A DNA stretch of 64,000 nt from Alphaproteobacteria bacterium (GTDB taxonomy: Bacteria > Pseudomonadota > Alphaproteobacteria > SHVV01), in NCBI GenBank assembly GCA_965261735.1, contig OZ253470.1, forward strand, positions 2,080,001 through 2,144,000, given 5' to 3'. Numbering within the stretch: the first letter of the stretch is position 1; each line of letters begins with the position of its first letter. A program made the translations under genes and the position numbers. The notes beneath the pieces were generated by a model, which worked only from the letters and a program-made list of their open reading frames with translations, was not told the origin of the DNA and did no database searches. Shown here one piece after another: positions 32,236-41,440 of this stretch.

Positions 32236-32559
32236 TCAAAACGGCAGCTTCATGCCCGGCGGCAGCGCCAGCCCGCCCGTGAGCTTGCCCATCTCCTCGG
32301 CCGCCCGGGCCTCGACCTTGGCCTTGGCGTCGTTGTGGGCGGCTACCACCAGGTCCTCGACGACGGCGGCCTCGCCGCCCTCGAGCAGCGATGGCTCGAT
32401 CGCGAGCTTGCGCATGTCGCCCTTGCCGTTGAGCGTCACGCTGACCATGCCGCCGCCAGCCGACCCGGTCAGCTCGATACGCTCGAGCACGGCCTGCATC
32501 TCGCCCATGCGCTCCTGCATCTCCTGCGCCTGCTTCATGATCTGGCCGAGGTTCTTCAT
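32236..32559 (-). CDS. ybaB: YbaB/EbfC nucleoid-associated protein
   Basis: [27 protein letters not shown]; dnaX-ybaB-recR synteny. Confidence 0.95.
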   Translation of the reverse strand: MKNLGQIMKQAQEMQERMGEMQAVLERIELTGSAGGGMVSVTLNGKGDMRKLAIEPSLLEGGEAAVVEDLVVAAHNDAKAKVEARAAEEMGKLTGGLALPPGMKLPF

Positions 32560-32566
32560 CACCGCT

Positions 32567-34414
32567 TCACCCCTCCTGGTCCCCGGCACCGCCGGCCCGC
32601 GGCCCGGCGTCTGCCGCCGCCTCGGCGTCGCCATCGAGGTCCGCATCCATCGGCTCGCCCTCGGCCGCCAAGGCGGCGATCCCGGCCGCGATGCCCGGCC
32701 GCTTGCGCACCTCGGCGATCTCGGCGCCGGGAAAGGCGGCGAGTGCGGCCTTGACCAGGGGATGCTCGGCCGCGGCCTCGCGCTCGCTCGCCACGCGGCG
32801 CACGTTCTGTTCGGTCAGCGTCGGCGCGCCCGCTTCGTTCGACAAGGTCACGACCCAGCGCGCCCCGGTGCACTCGCTGAGGAAGGCGGTGAGGCGGGCC
32901 GCGAGATCGGCGGGTGCGTGGGCCGAGGGGCGGAACTCGATGCGTCCCGGCTCGAAACCAACCAGGTGGACGTCGTTGACCAGGTGGGCATAGAGCCGGA
33001 CCTCGCGCCGCACTGAAGCGAGCTTTGCCACGGCAGCGAAATCGGCGACCTCGGATCGCGCCGAGGGCGCCGGCTCCGAGGCCCGGGGCGCCGCGCGCTC
33101 TGCCGGTTCATCGGGCGCCGCCGCGTCCTCGGGCACCGGCTCGGGCACCTCGGCGAGCGCGGCCTGTGGGCCGGCCTGCGCGCCGGACGGAAACGACGGC
33201 ACCGGCTGGGCGGGGGGAGCGGGCGCCGGCGCGTCCGCACCGGCAGCGTCCGCGCCGCCGCCGGCCTGAATGAGCTCGGCCGGCGTCAGCAGGTCGGCGA
33301 CGTAGGCGAGGCGCACGAGTAGCATCTCGGCCGCCGCCAGCGGCGCCGGCGCGAGACGGGCCTCGCCCAAGCCCTTAAGCAGCATCTGCCAGGTCCGCGC
33401 CAGCATCGCCATCGACAGGCGCCCGGCCATCTCGGCGCCGCGGCGCCGCTCGGCGGCCGCGATCGCGACGTCCTCGCCCGCGCCGGCAACGATCTTGAGC
33501 CGCGTGAGCCAGTGCGTGAGGTCGAGCAGGTCCTGCACCACGACGAGGGGATCGGCGCCAGCGTCGTACATGTCGCGTAGCACCGCCAGCGCGTCGCCGA
33601 CCTCGCCTTTCATCACCAGGTCGAACAGGTCGAACAGGCGCGCACGGTCGGCGAGGCCGAGGATATCGCGCAGCGCCGCCTCGCCGACCGTACCCTCGCC
33701 GTGCGCGATCGCCTGGTCGAGCAGCGACAGGCCGTCGCGCACCGAACCCTCGGCGGCACGGGCGATGAGAGTGAGCGCGGCCGGCTCGACCACGGCGCCC
33801 TCGCGATCGGCGATCTCGCCGAGATAGTCGGCGAGCACGTCGAGCTCGACGCGGCGTAGATCGAAACGCTGGCAGCGCGACAGCACGGTCAGCGGGATCT
33901 TGCGGATCTCGGTGGTGGCGAAGACGAACTTGACCCGCGGCGGCGGCTCTTCGAGGGTCTTGAGCAGCGCGTTGAACGCCTGCGTCGACAGCATGTGCAC
34001 TTCGTCGATGATGTAGACCTTGAAGCGCGCGGAAGCTGGCAGGTAGCGCACGCCGTCGACGATCTCGCGGATATCGGCGACGCCGGTGTGGCTGGCGGCG
34101 TCCATCTCGAGGACATCGACGTGGCGGTCCTCGGCGATGGCGCGGCAGTGCTCGCACACCCCGCAGGGCGTCGCCGTCGGGCCGCCCGCGCCGTCGGCGC
34201 CGATGCAGTTGAGCGAGCGCGCGATGATGCGCGCGGTCGTCGTCTTGCCGACGCCGCGCACACCGGTCAGCATGAAGGCATGCGCCAGGCGCCCGCCGGC
34301 GATGGCGTTCTTCAGCGTGCGCACCATCGCCTCCTGGCCGATGAGCTCGCCCAGGCTCGCCGGCCGGTACTTGCGGGCGAGGACGCGATAAGCGGGTTGC
34401 GGGGCCTCGGTCAT
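32567..34414 (-). CDS. dnaX: DNA polymerase III subunit gamma/tau
   Basis: YRVLARKYRP, GVRGVGKTT, IIDEVHML, SRCQRF. Confidence 0.97.
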   Translation of the reverse strand: MTEAPQPAYRVLARKYRPASLGELIGQEAMVRTLKNAIAGGRLAHAFMLTGVRGVGKTTTARIIARSLNCIGADGAGGPTATPCGVCEHCRAIAEDRHVDVLEMDAASHTGVADIREIVDGVRYLPASARFKVYIIDEVHMLSTQAFNALLKTLEEPPPRVKFVFATTEIRKIPLTVLSRCQRFDLRRVELDVLADYLGEIADREGAVVEPAALTLIARAAEGSVRDGLSLLDQAIAHGEGTVGEAALRDILGLADRARLFDLFDLVMKGEVGDALAVLRDMYDAGADPLVVVQDLLDLTHWLTRLKIVAGAGEDVAIAAAERRRGAEMAGRLSMAMLARTWQMLLKGLGEARLAPAPLAAAEMLLVRLAYVADLLTPAELIQAGGGADAAGADAPAPAPPAQPVPSFPSGAQAGPQAALAEVPEPVPEDAAAPDEPAERAAPRASEPAPSARSEVADFAAVAKLASVRREVRLYAHLVNDVHLVGFEPGRIEFRPSAHAPADLAARLTAFLSECTGARWVVTLSNEAGAPTLTEQNVRRVASEREAAAEHPLVKAALAAFPGAEIAEVRKRPGIAAGIAALAAEGEPMDADLDGDAEAAADAGPRAGGAGDQEG

Positions 34415-34462
34415 GAAGATCCTGTACCCCGAGGGCTTCGGGGCGGGCGGTGGCGCCGGGGC

Positions 34463-34558
34463 GGGGGGCTGAACGAGCGAACCGGGCCTGGCTCGTTACG
34501 GCTGCTTCCTTCCGGACCTGACCGGGTTGGCGAGGGACCCGTCCACCGCCAACCCCCC
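34463..34558 (-). ncRNA. ffs: Small SRP RNA (4.5S)
   Basis: Conserved helix-8 core CCGGTCAGGTCCGGAAGGAAGCAGCC, complementary G/C-rich ends, located upstream of dnaX. Confidence 0.93.
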
Positions 34559-34631
34559 TGCACGCATTTCAGCCCAAGGGGCGAGCCCATGCAAGCGCGT
34601 TCGCGGGCGGCGCGCCGTCGACGGCGAACCG

Positions 34632-35678
34632 CTAGTCGCTTCCCGTGCGGAACACTTTGTCGAGGAAACGCGCGAGGTCGGCGTTCGAGCGCGCGCGGAC
34701 ATCATCGTCGCGGCCGATGAGGTAGCCGGCCTGGTCCGCGCACAGGGCCAGGATGAGCTTGCGCGTCCACGGGTTGAGCATGGGCAGGAGCCAGCGGCCG
34801 TGGTGGACGCCGCCGTCGCGCTCGACGACGAGGCGGCAGCCGGCCAAGTTGCGGCCGATCTCGCGCGGGCGGGCGAACCGACCGTCCCACTGGTGGTAGG
34901 CATCTTCGTAGACGACGACCTCGACCGGCGCACCGCCGGATCGCAGCGCGCCCGCCGTCCCTTCGCAGCGGCCGCGGTCGACGATGGCGTCGCGGCCGCC
35001 GAACAGCATGAGCACTGGGGCGCCGGTGGCGCGGTTATCGCGGAAGGTGACGATGCACGGCGCGTAGAAGGCGACGTGGCCGGCGAAGCGCTCGCCGCCC
35101 GGCGCGAAGCGCCGCGCCACCTGGTCGTAGGCCGCGTAGGTCGCCGCCATCCCGCCATAGGAGAAGCCGATGAGCGCGACGCGGCCGGCGTCCACGTCGG
35201 CGCGCCCCGCGAGATAGCGCAAGCCGGCGAAGGCATCGGCCAGGACCATGGCCTCTGTGATCTCGATCAACCGGTCGATGAAACGGCTTGCGCGCTCGCG
35301 CCGCGCCGCGAAGGCATCGATGACGAGGGCCGCAACCCCCATCGATGCGAGCTGCCGCGCGTACGTAAGCTCGCGCGCCCACATCACGCCGGCGGCCCCG
35401 TGGAGGATGATCGCGGCGGGTGCCGGCGATTGCGCCGAAGCCCCCGGTGGCAGGAACAGGGTGGCGAGCGCCGCGGTCGGCGCCTCGCACGAAGCGCGGC
35501 GATCGGAGAGGACGAACGGGCTGGAGCTGGGAAAGGTCACGCGGGTGCCAGCGATGTCAGCGAGGCGCTGCACGCTCGGCCACGGCGGCGTGAGGTCGGG
35601 CGCGGCCCGGCCGGGTGCACATACCGCGAGGACGAGAGTTGCGGCGAGCACCAGGGTGGGCGGTTGTGGCATTCTCAT
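34632..35678 (-). CDS. Dienelactone hydrolase-family alpha/beta hydrolase, exported
   Basis: Signal peptide; ILHGAAG, IGFSYGG nucleophile elbow, YEDAYHQWD. Confidence 0.82.
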   Translation of the reverse strand: MRMPQPPTLVLAATLVLAVCAPGRAAPDLTPPWPSVQRLADIAGTRVTFPSSSPFVLSDRRASCEAPTAALATLFLPPGASAQSPAPAAIILHGAAGVMWARELTYARQLASMGVAALVIDAFAARRERASRFIDRLIEITEAMVLADAFAGLRYLAGRADVDAGRVALIGFSYGGMAATYAAYDQVARRFAPGGERFAGHVAFYAPCIVTFRDNRATGAPVLMLFGGRDAIVDRGRCEGTAGALRSGGAPVEVVVYEDAYHQWDGRFARPREIGRNLAGCRLVVERDGGVHHGRWLLPMLNPWTRKLILALCADQAGYLIGRDDDVRARSNADLARFLDKVFRTGSD

Positions 35679-35814
35679 GGCGCGCTGCGATTCTAGGCGA
35701 GGCGGACGCCGACGCCCACCCGAGGAGCTGCGCAGTAAGTGGAATGCGCCTGTCGTACCCGGCCCACCCGGCCTAAGATGCGGGCGGCGGATCGGGGCGC
35801 GTGGGACGAGATCG

Positions 35815-36603
35815 ATGGGCGCGGGCTTGGCGAGACTCCTCGTACTCATCGCGGCCCTCGTGACGGCGCATCCGGCAGCCGCCCAGAATCGCGGCGCGCC
35901 GGTGAAGGTCGACCTGGAGCTCGTGCTCGCCGTCGACGTGTCCGGCTCCATGGACGCCGAGGAGCACGCGGTCCAGCGCTCGGGCTACGTCGAGGCCCTG
36001 CGCCACCCGGACCTATGGGCAGTCATCTGGAGCGGCGTCCACCAACGGATTGCGCTCACCTACATGGAGTGGGCGGGGCCTCACTCGCAGGTCATCGTCC
36101 TGCCGTGGCGGGTCATCGACAGCCCGGAGGCGGCGCGTGGCTTCGCCGAGGATCTCGCGGCGCGTCCCATCGCCTACATCCGCGGCACGTCGATCTCGGG
36201 CGCGCTGCACTATGCCGCCAGGCTGTTTCACAGCAACGGCTTCGAGGGCTCAGGCCGGGTGATCGACGTCTCGGGCGACGGGCCGAACAGCGCGGGGAGC
36301 CCGGTAGAGCCGGCGCGCGATGCGGTCCTCGCCCAGGGTATCACGATCAACGGCCTCCCCATCATGCTGCGCCCGACGCGCGGCGCCGTGGAGCTCGACC
36401 GTTACTACCACGACTGCGTGATCGGCGGTTTCGGGGCCTTCGTCCTGCCGGTGACGCACCCCGCCGAGCTCGCCAAGTCCATCCGCCGCAAGCTCGTTCT
36501 CGAGATCGCCGGCGGCGCCGCGCCGGCCGTCGTGCGCGCTCAAGCGCGCGCCCGCGCCGACTGCACAACCTACCGGCTCCGCCGGATCTGGGAGGTCCCC
36601 TAG
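35815..36603 (+). CDS. DUF1194 (vWA-like) exported protein
   Basis: ELVLAVDVSGS MIDAS motif, GTSISGAL, IDVSGDGPN, ITINGLPI. Confidence 0.88.
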   Translation: MGAGLARLLVLIAALVTAHPAAAQNRGAPVKVDLELVLAVDVSGSMDAEEHAVQRSGYVEALRHPDLWAVIWSGVHQRIALTYMEWAGPHSQVIVLPWRVIDSPEAARGFAEDLAARPIAYIRGTSISGALHYAARLFHSNGFEGSGRVIDVSGDGPNSAGSPVEPARDAVLAQGITINGLPIMLRPTRGAVELDRYYHDCVIGGFGAFVLPVTHPAELAKSIRRKLVLEIAGGAAPAVVRAQARARADCTTYRLRRIWEVP

Positions 36604-36738
36604 GCGGGCGCAGTCGAGGCAATCGGAAACCGATCCAGATCAAGGCGTGCGCGCCGAGCGCGCTGCTATGGGGTGGGCACAGGCGTTTAAGTCGCAATCC
36701 AGGCGACCCTGTGATCGATGAAGGCTGGAGGAGAGTTT

Positions 36739-37020
36739 ATGGCTACTGGCAGCACCCGGTCGGAGGAGCGCGCCGTGGGTCCGATGCCGATGTGCCCGAT
36801 GGGCGAGACCTGCAAGCGCATGGTCGGGCGCCGCCCGTCGCGCTTCCTGATCTTCGTACCCGGGCTCGCGTTCATCGCCGCCGGCCTATTGATTTTCGTC
36901 GCGCCCCAGATCCTGGCTTGGCTCGTCGCCGCCGCGCTGCTCCTCGCCGGTCTCGCCATGCTGGGCGGCGCCTATTTTGTCCATGCGATAGGCAGGCGGC
37001 TCATGAGGACGCACCCCTAA
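36739..37020 (+). CDS. Small membrane protein with a Cys/Met motif
   Basis: RBS GGAGGAG; MPMCPMGETC followed by two TM segments. Confidence 0.65.
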   Translation: MATGSTRSEERAVGPMPMCPMGETCKRMVGRRPSRFLIFVPGLAFIAAGLLIFVAPQILAWLVAAALLLAGLAMLGGAYFVHAIGRRLMRTHP

Positions 37021-37119
37021 GCCTACCCGCGCGGCCCCGGCTCCGCAGACGCCCCGGCCGCAACACGGGCCCTTCCACGAATTCCTGGCGGCCGATGATT
37101 TGCGCTGGCGCCGGCTTCC

Positions 37120-38070
37120 ATGGCACCCTCGGCCGCCGCGATGACCGCCCCCGTCAACGTATTCGCCGGAAGCCCGCTCGACCGCGCGGGAAACCTGCGC
37201 CGTGACGCGGGCTGGCTGGCCTCGCGCCTCGTCGCCCCGGAGACCCGCTTCGTGCCGCTATGGCGCCTCCATCCGCTGGTCGGCGGCGGCGAAGCGCCCT
37301 CGATCGCCTGGCAGAGCCGCGAAGCCATGCGCCCCTTCGTCGAGGGTGGCGCCCCGTGGGTGCTGCTCGGCCTCGAGGGTGACGTGGCCCACTTCGCCGT
37401 CGACATCTCGCGCCTCGAGGCGCCCGAGGACAGCGCGCCCTTTGCCGGCGCCGGCACCTTCGCCGAGCTGCGCGCCGCCGCGGCGAGTCTGCCGGCCGGC
37501 GATGCGGCGATCCTGGCCCAGGCGCGCTCGCTGATCGATTGGCATGCGCGCCATGGCTTTTGCGCGGTTTGCGGGTCGCCTACCGTGGCCCAGGAAGGCG
37601 GCTCCATGCGGGTTTGCAGCCGCGAGCCCTGCGCCGCCCAGCATTTCCCGCGCACCGACCCCGTCGTCATCACCATCGTTGTGCACGACGATCACTGCCT
37701 CCTCGGCCGCAACGCGCGCTTCCCCGGAGGCTTCTACTCGGCGCTCGCCGGGTTCATCGAACAGGGCGAGACGATCGAGGAAGCCGTGCGCCGCGAGGTC
37801 GGCGAGGAGGCAGGGGTCGCCGTCGGCGCCGTCCGCTACCACTCCTCGCAGCCGTGGCCGTTCCCGTCCTCGCTGATGATCGGCTGTATCGCCGAGGCGG
37901 CCGCCACGACCATCAAGATCGATAAGCACGAGCTCGACGACGCGCGCTGGTTTCACCGCGACGCGGTACGCAAGGCCCTGGCCGGCGAGGACGAGGCCTC
38001 GGGGCTGCGCATGCCGCCGCCACTCGCCATCGCCCACCAACTCGCGCGCTGGTGGATGGAGACGTCCTGA
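37120..38070 (+). CDS. nudC: NAD(+) diphosphatase
   Basis: FCAVCG..C Zn site, FPRTDP, Nudix box GETIEEAVRREVGEEAG, SQPWPFP. Confidence 0.94.
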   Translation: MAPSAAAMTAPVNVFAGSPLDRAGNLRRDAGWLASRLVAPETRFVPLWRLHPLVGGGEAPSIAWQSREAMRPFVEGGAPWVLLGLEGDVAHFAVDISRLEAPEDSAPFAGAGTFAELRAAAASLPAGDAAILAQARSLIDWHARHGFCAVCGSPTVAQEGGSMRVCSREPCAAQHFPRTDPVVITIVVHDDHCLLGRNARFPGGFYSALAGFIEQGETIEEAVRREVGEEAGVAVGAVRYHSSQPWPFPSSLMIGCIAEAAATTIKIDKHELDDARWFHRDAVRKALAGEDEASGLRMPPPLAIAHQLARWWMETS

Positions 38071-38101
38071 CCGCTCGAATCGGCTCACACAAACCCGGGG
38101 T

Positions 38102-38245
38102 GTCACCCCCGCCCCACCCTCCCCCATCAAGGGGGAGGGCTAGAACTCGGAGTCGTTCGGTAATACCCCCTCCCCTGGGTGGGAGGGGAGTAGGGGGAGG
38201 GGGACGAATCGAACAGGGGGAGGGGCGAGTAAGTTACTTCCTTCG
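38102..38245. repeat. Intergenic palindromic REP-like element (CCCTCCCC..GGGGAGGG pair)
   Basis: Two GC hairpins between convergent nudC and pheA; reverse-complement homologue at about 62540-62667. Confidence 0.8.
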
Positions 38246-38255
38246 CGAGCGGGTA

Positions 38256-39119
38256 CTAGTCCGTGGCGCGAAACGGGTGCGCGGGATAGACGCCGAGGAT
38301 CTTCACCTCGGCTGAGAAAAAGCCGAGCTCCTCGAGCGCGAGGCGCACCGGCTCGTCGTCCGGGTGGCCCTCGATATCGGCATAGAACTGCGCCTGGTTG
38401 AAGCTGCCGCCGACCTGGTAGCTCTCGAGCTTGACCATGTTGACGCCGGTGGTGGCGAAGCCACCGAGCGCCTTGTACAGGGCCGCCGGGACGTTGCGCA
38501 CGCGGAAGACGAACGTCGTCATGACGAGCCCCGACGATGGCGCCGGGTCGATGCGGGCGCGCCCCATGACGCCGAACCGCGTCGTGTTGTGTTGCGCGTC
38601 CTCGATATCGGCTTCGAGCACGTCGAGGCCGTAGATCTCGGCGGCGAGAGTGGAGGCAATGGCCGATTCGGCGGCGTCGCCGCGCTCGGCGATATCGGCG
38701 GCCGCGCCGGCCGTATCGGCGTGCACCTGCGGCTGCAACTCGTGCCGGCGGATGAAGTTGCGGCACTGGCTGAGCGCCTGCAGATGGCTGTGTACCGTCT
38801 TAAGACCCTTGAGCGAGGCGCCGCGGGGCGCCAGCAGCTGGTGGCGCACGCGCTGGAAATGCTCGGCGACGATGTAGAGGTCTGAGTCGGGCAGCAGATG
38901 GTGAATGTCGGCCACACGCCCCGCGAGCGAGTTCTCGATTGGGATCATGGCGCGGTCGGCGCGGCCCTCGGCGACCGCGCCGAAGGCATCATCGAAGGTT
39001 GCGCACGCGAGCGGCGCGAGGTCGGGATAGACCTCGCGGCAGGCGAGGTGCGAGTAGGCGCCGAGCGATCCCTGAAAGGCGATCGTGCGATCGGGCGCCG
39101 CGGGTTCGGAGGTGGGCAT
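38256..39119 (-). CDS. pheA: Prephenate dehydratase
   Basis: FQGSLGAYS, PIENSLAG, SHLQALSQC, NTTRF, ACT domain KLESY. Confidence 0.94.
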   Translation of the reverse strand: MPTSEPAAPDRTIAFQGSLGAYSHLACREVYPDLAPLACATFDDAFGAVAEGRADRAMIPIENSLAGRVADIHHLLPDSDLYIVAEHFQRVRHQLLAPRGASLKGLKTVHSHLQALSQCRNFIRRHELQPQVHADTAGAAADIAERGDAAESAIASTLAAEIYGLDVLEADIEDAQHNTTRFGVMGRARIDPAPSSGLVMTTFVFRVRNVPAALYKALGGFATTGVNMVKLESYQVGGSFNQAQFYADIEGHPDDEPVRLALEELGFFSAEVKILGVYPAHPFRATD

Positions 39120-39127
39120 GGGCGGGG

Positions 39128-39889
39128 TTAGTTCGCGCGCCCGGCGCCAAGCTCGGCGCGCACGCGCTCAAGATCGGCCGGAGTATTGACTTCGAGGATC
39201 GGACTGTCAACGAGGGCCGCGTCGATGCGCATGCCGGCCTCGAGCGCGCGCAGCTGCTCGAGCCGCTCGCGCTTCTCGAGCGGCGCCGGCGGCAGCGCGA
39301 CGAAGCGGGCGAGCGCCTCGGGCCGAAAGGCGTAGATGCCGAGATGATGGTAGAGCGGGCCCTCGCCCGCCGGCGCCGCGGCGCGGGTAAAGTACAGCGC
39401 GCGGCCGACGTCGGCGCCGGGCGCCAGCGACAGCACGACCTTGACGGTGTTGGGATCCACGGCCGCGGCGGCATCGCTCGTGGCTATAGCCAGGGTCGCG
39501 ATATCGACATTCCGTTCTTCGAGCGGGCGCAGCACGGCGCGGATGACGTCGGGATCGATGACCGGCAGATCGCCCTGGAAGTTGACGATGGCATCGAAGC
39601 GCCCGCCCGGATTGACCTTGCCGAGGGCCTCATGGACGCGGTCCGAGCCCGAGGCATGGTCGGGTCGCGTCATCACCGCCGCACCGCCCGCCGATTCGAC
39701 GGCGGCGGCGATCTCGGCCTCGCCGCAGGCGACGTACACCGGACCGATGTCGGCCTCCTCGGCGCGCCGCAGGACATGGACGATCATTGGCGTTCCTGCG
39801 CCGTCGATGGCGGCGAGCGGCTTTCCCGGCAGGCGCCGCGCCGCCATGCGGGCGGGAATGATAACGACCGGATGGGTGGGGAGAGTCAT
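39128..39889 (-). CDS. kdsB: 3-deoxy-manno-octulosonate cytidylyltransferase
   Basis: [41 protein letters not shown]. Confidence 0.94.
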   Translation of the reverse strand: MTLPTHPVVIIPARMAARRLPGKPLAAIDGAGTPMIVHVLRRAEEADIGPVYVACGEAEIAAAVESAGGAAVMTRPDHASGSDRVHEALGKVNPGGRFDAIVNFQGDLPVIDPDVIRAVLRPLEERNVDIATLAIATSDAAAAVDPNTVKVVLSLAPGADVGRALYFTRAAAPAGEGPLYHHLGIYAFRPEALARFVALPPAPLEKRERLEQLRALEAGMRIDAALVDSPILEVNTPADLERVRAELGAGRAN

Positions 39890-39989
39890 CGCAGTAGTGC
39901 TCGGCGCGCGCACTTATACGGGTTGCGCGGTGTCGGGGGAAGCCGCTAATCTCCCCGCGCACGAAACTCCGCTTTGCCGAAGCTTGCGC

Positions 39990-40526
39990 ATGAGCGCGTT
40001 CGAGTTCAACAAGTTTGCCGGCGCCTTCCTCGGCACCGTGATTCTGATCGTGGTCCTCAACCTGGTCGGGAACGAGCTGTTTGCGCCGCACGAGCCCGAG
40101 CAGCGCGCCATCGCCGTCAGCGAGCAGGCGGCACCGGCTGCGACCGAGGCGGCCGCCGAGACGCCGCCGCTCGGCGTTCTCCTGGCTGCCGCCGACGTCG
40201 AGAAGGGCAAGAAGGTCGCGAAAAAGTGCGCCTCGTGCCACACCTTCGTGCAGGGCGGCAAGAACAAGATCGGCCCCAACCTGTGGGCTACCCTTGGCGC
40301 TCAGCGGGCGCGCGTCGAGGGCTTCAAGTACTCCTCGGCCATGGCCGGTGCCGGCGGGGCCTGGGGCTACGACGAGCTCGACGCCTTTCTCGCCAACCCC
40401 AAGGCCGCGATCAAGGGCACTAAGATGACTTATGCCGGCGTCAAGAAGGCGACCGACCGGGCCGCCCTCATTCTCTACCTGCGGACGCTGAGCGACGCGC
40501 CGCCGCCGCTGCCGGCGGCGAACTAG
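39990..40526 (+). CDS. cycM: Membrane-anchored cytochrome c (CycM/c552-like)
   Basis: MSAFEFNKFAGA N-terminal TM, CASCH, GTKM; divergent from kdsB. Confidence 0.88.
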   Translation: MSAFEFNKFAGAFLGTVILIVVLNLVGNELFAPHEPEQRAIAVSEQAAPAATEAAAETPPLGVLLAAADVEKGKKVAKKCASCHTFVQGGKNKIGPNLWATLGAQRARVEGFKYSSAMAGAGGAWGYDELDAFLANPKAAIKGTKMTYAGVKKATDRAALILYLRTLSDAPPPLPAAN

Positions 40527-40557
40527 CGGCCCGCCCTCGGCGCCGCCGACGCGGTCC

Positions 40558-41337
40558 ATGGGCGGCGCCTGTCCCGACGCCTTCGTAGCTCTCGCCGAGC
40601 GCCTCGCGGATGCCGCGGGCGCCATCATCCGCACTCACTTTCGCACGCCCGTGGCGGTCGAGCACAAGCCCGACGCGAGCCCGGTGACGATTGCCGACCG
40701 CGAGGCCGAGGCGGCCATGCGCGAGTTGATCGAACGCGCCTATCCCGATCACGGCATCCGCGGCGAGGAGCTCGGAGACATCCGCGTCGACGCCGAGTTC
40801 GTCTGGGTCCTCGACCCAATCGACGGCACGCGCTCCTTCATTACCGGCAAGCCCCTGTTCGGCACGCTGATCGCGCTGTGCGGGGACGGCCGCCCGGTCC
40901 TCGGCCTTATCGACCAGCCGATCAGCCGCGAGCGCTGGCTCGGGCGCGCCGGCGAACCGACGACGCTGAACGGCGCGCCGGCGCGCACCCGGCCCTGCGC
41001 CGATCTCGGCAAGGCCGCGCTCTACACCACCGGCCTCGAATGGTACGCGCCCGACGAGCGCCGCTCGTTCGAACGCCTGCGGGCCCGGGTCGGCATGACG
41101 CAGTACAGCGCCGACTGCTACGCCGTGGGGCTGCTCGCCAGCGGGTTTGTCGACCTGGTCGTCGAATGCGATCTCGAATGCTACGACTTTTGCGCCCTCG
41201 TGCCCGTGGTCGAGGGCGCCGGCGGTACCATCAGCGATTGGCAGGGGCGGCCGCTCGATCTGGCGAGCGGACGTCGCATCCTGGCGGCCGGGGATGCGGC
41301 CGCGCACGCACAGGCACTGACCCTTCTCGGGCCCTAA
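40558..41337 (+). CDS. hisN: Histidinol-phosphatase (inositol monophosphatase family)
   Basis: SPVTIADREAE, GEE, WVLDPIDGTRSFITGKPLFGTLIAL, YD..AL.P. Confidence 0.85.
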   Translation: MGGACPDAFVALAERLADAAGAIIRTHFRTPVAVEHKPDASPVTIADREAEAAMRELIERAYPDHGIRGEELGDIRVDAEFVWVLDPIDGTRSFITGKPLFGTLIALCGDGRPVLGLIDQPISRERWLGRAGEPTTLNGAPARTRPCADLGKAALYTTGLEWYAPDERRSFERLRARVGMTQYSADCYAVGLLASGFVDLVVECDLECYDFCALVPVVEGAGGTISDWQGRPLDLASGRRILAAGDAAAHAQALTLLGP

Positions 41338-41440
41338 GCCCTCGGCCGGCGCGGGGCCGCGCTCGCCATCACGACGGGCGAGCGTCGCCGGACACGATCG
41401 GTTATGGTCACGGGCCGAGGATCGCGAGAGAAGGTGCGCC

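Noticed and set aside
32567-34414. dnaX programmed -1 frameshift site
   Set aside because: No A-AAA-AAG or long A run seen in the Pro/Ala-rich linker.
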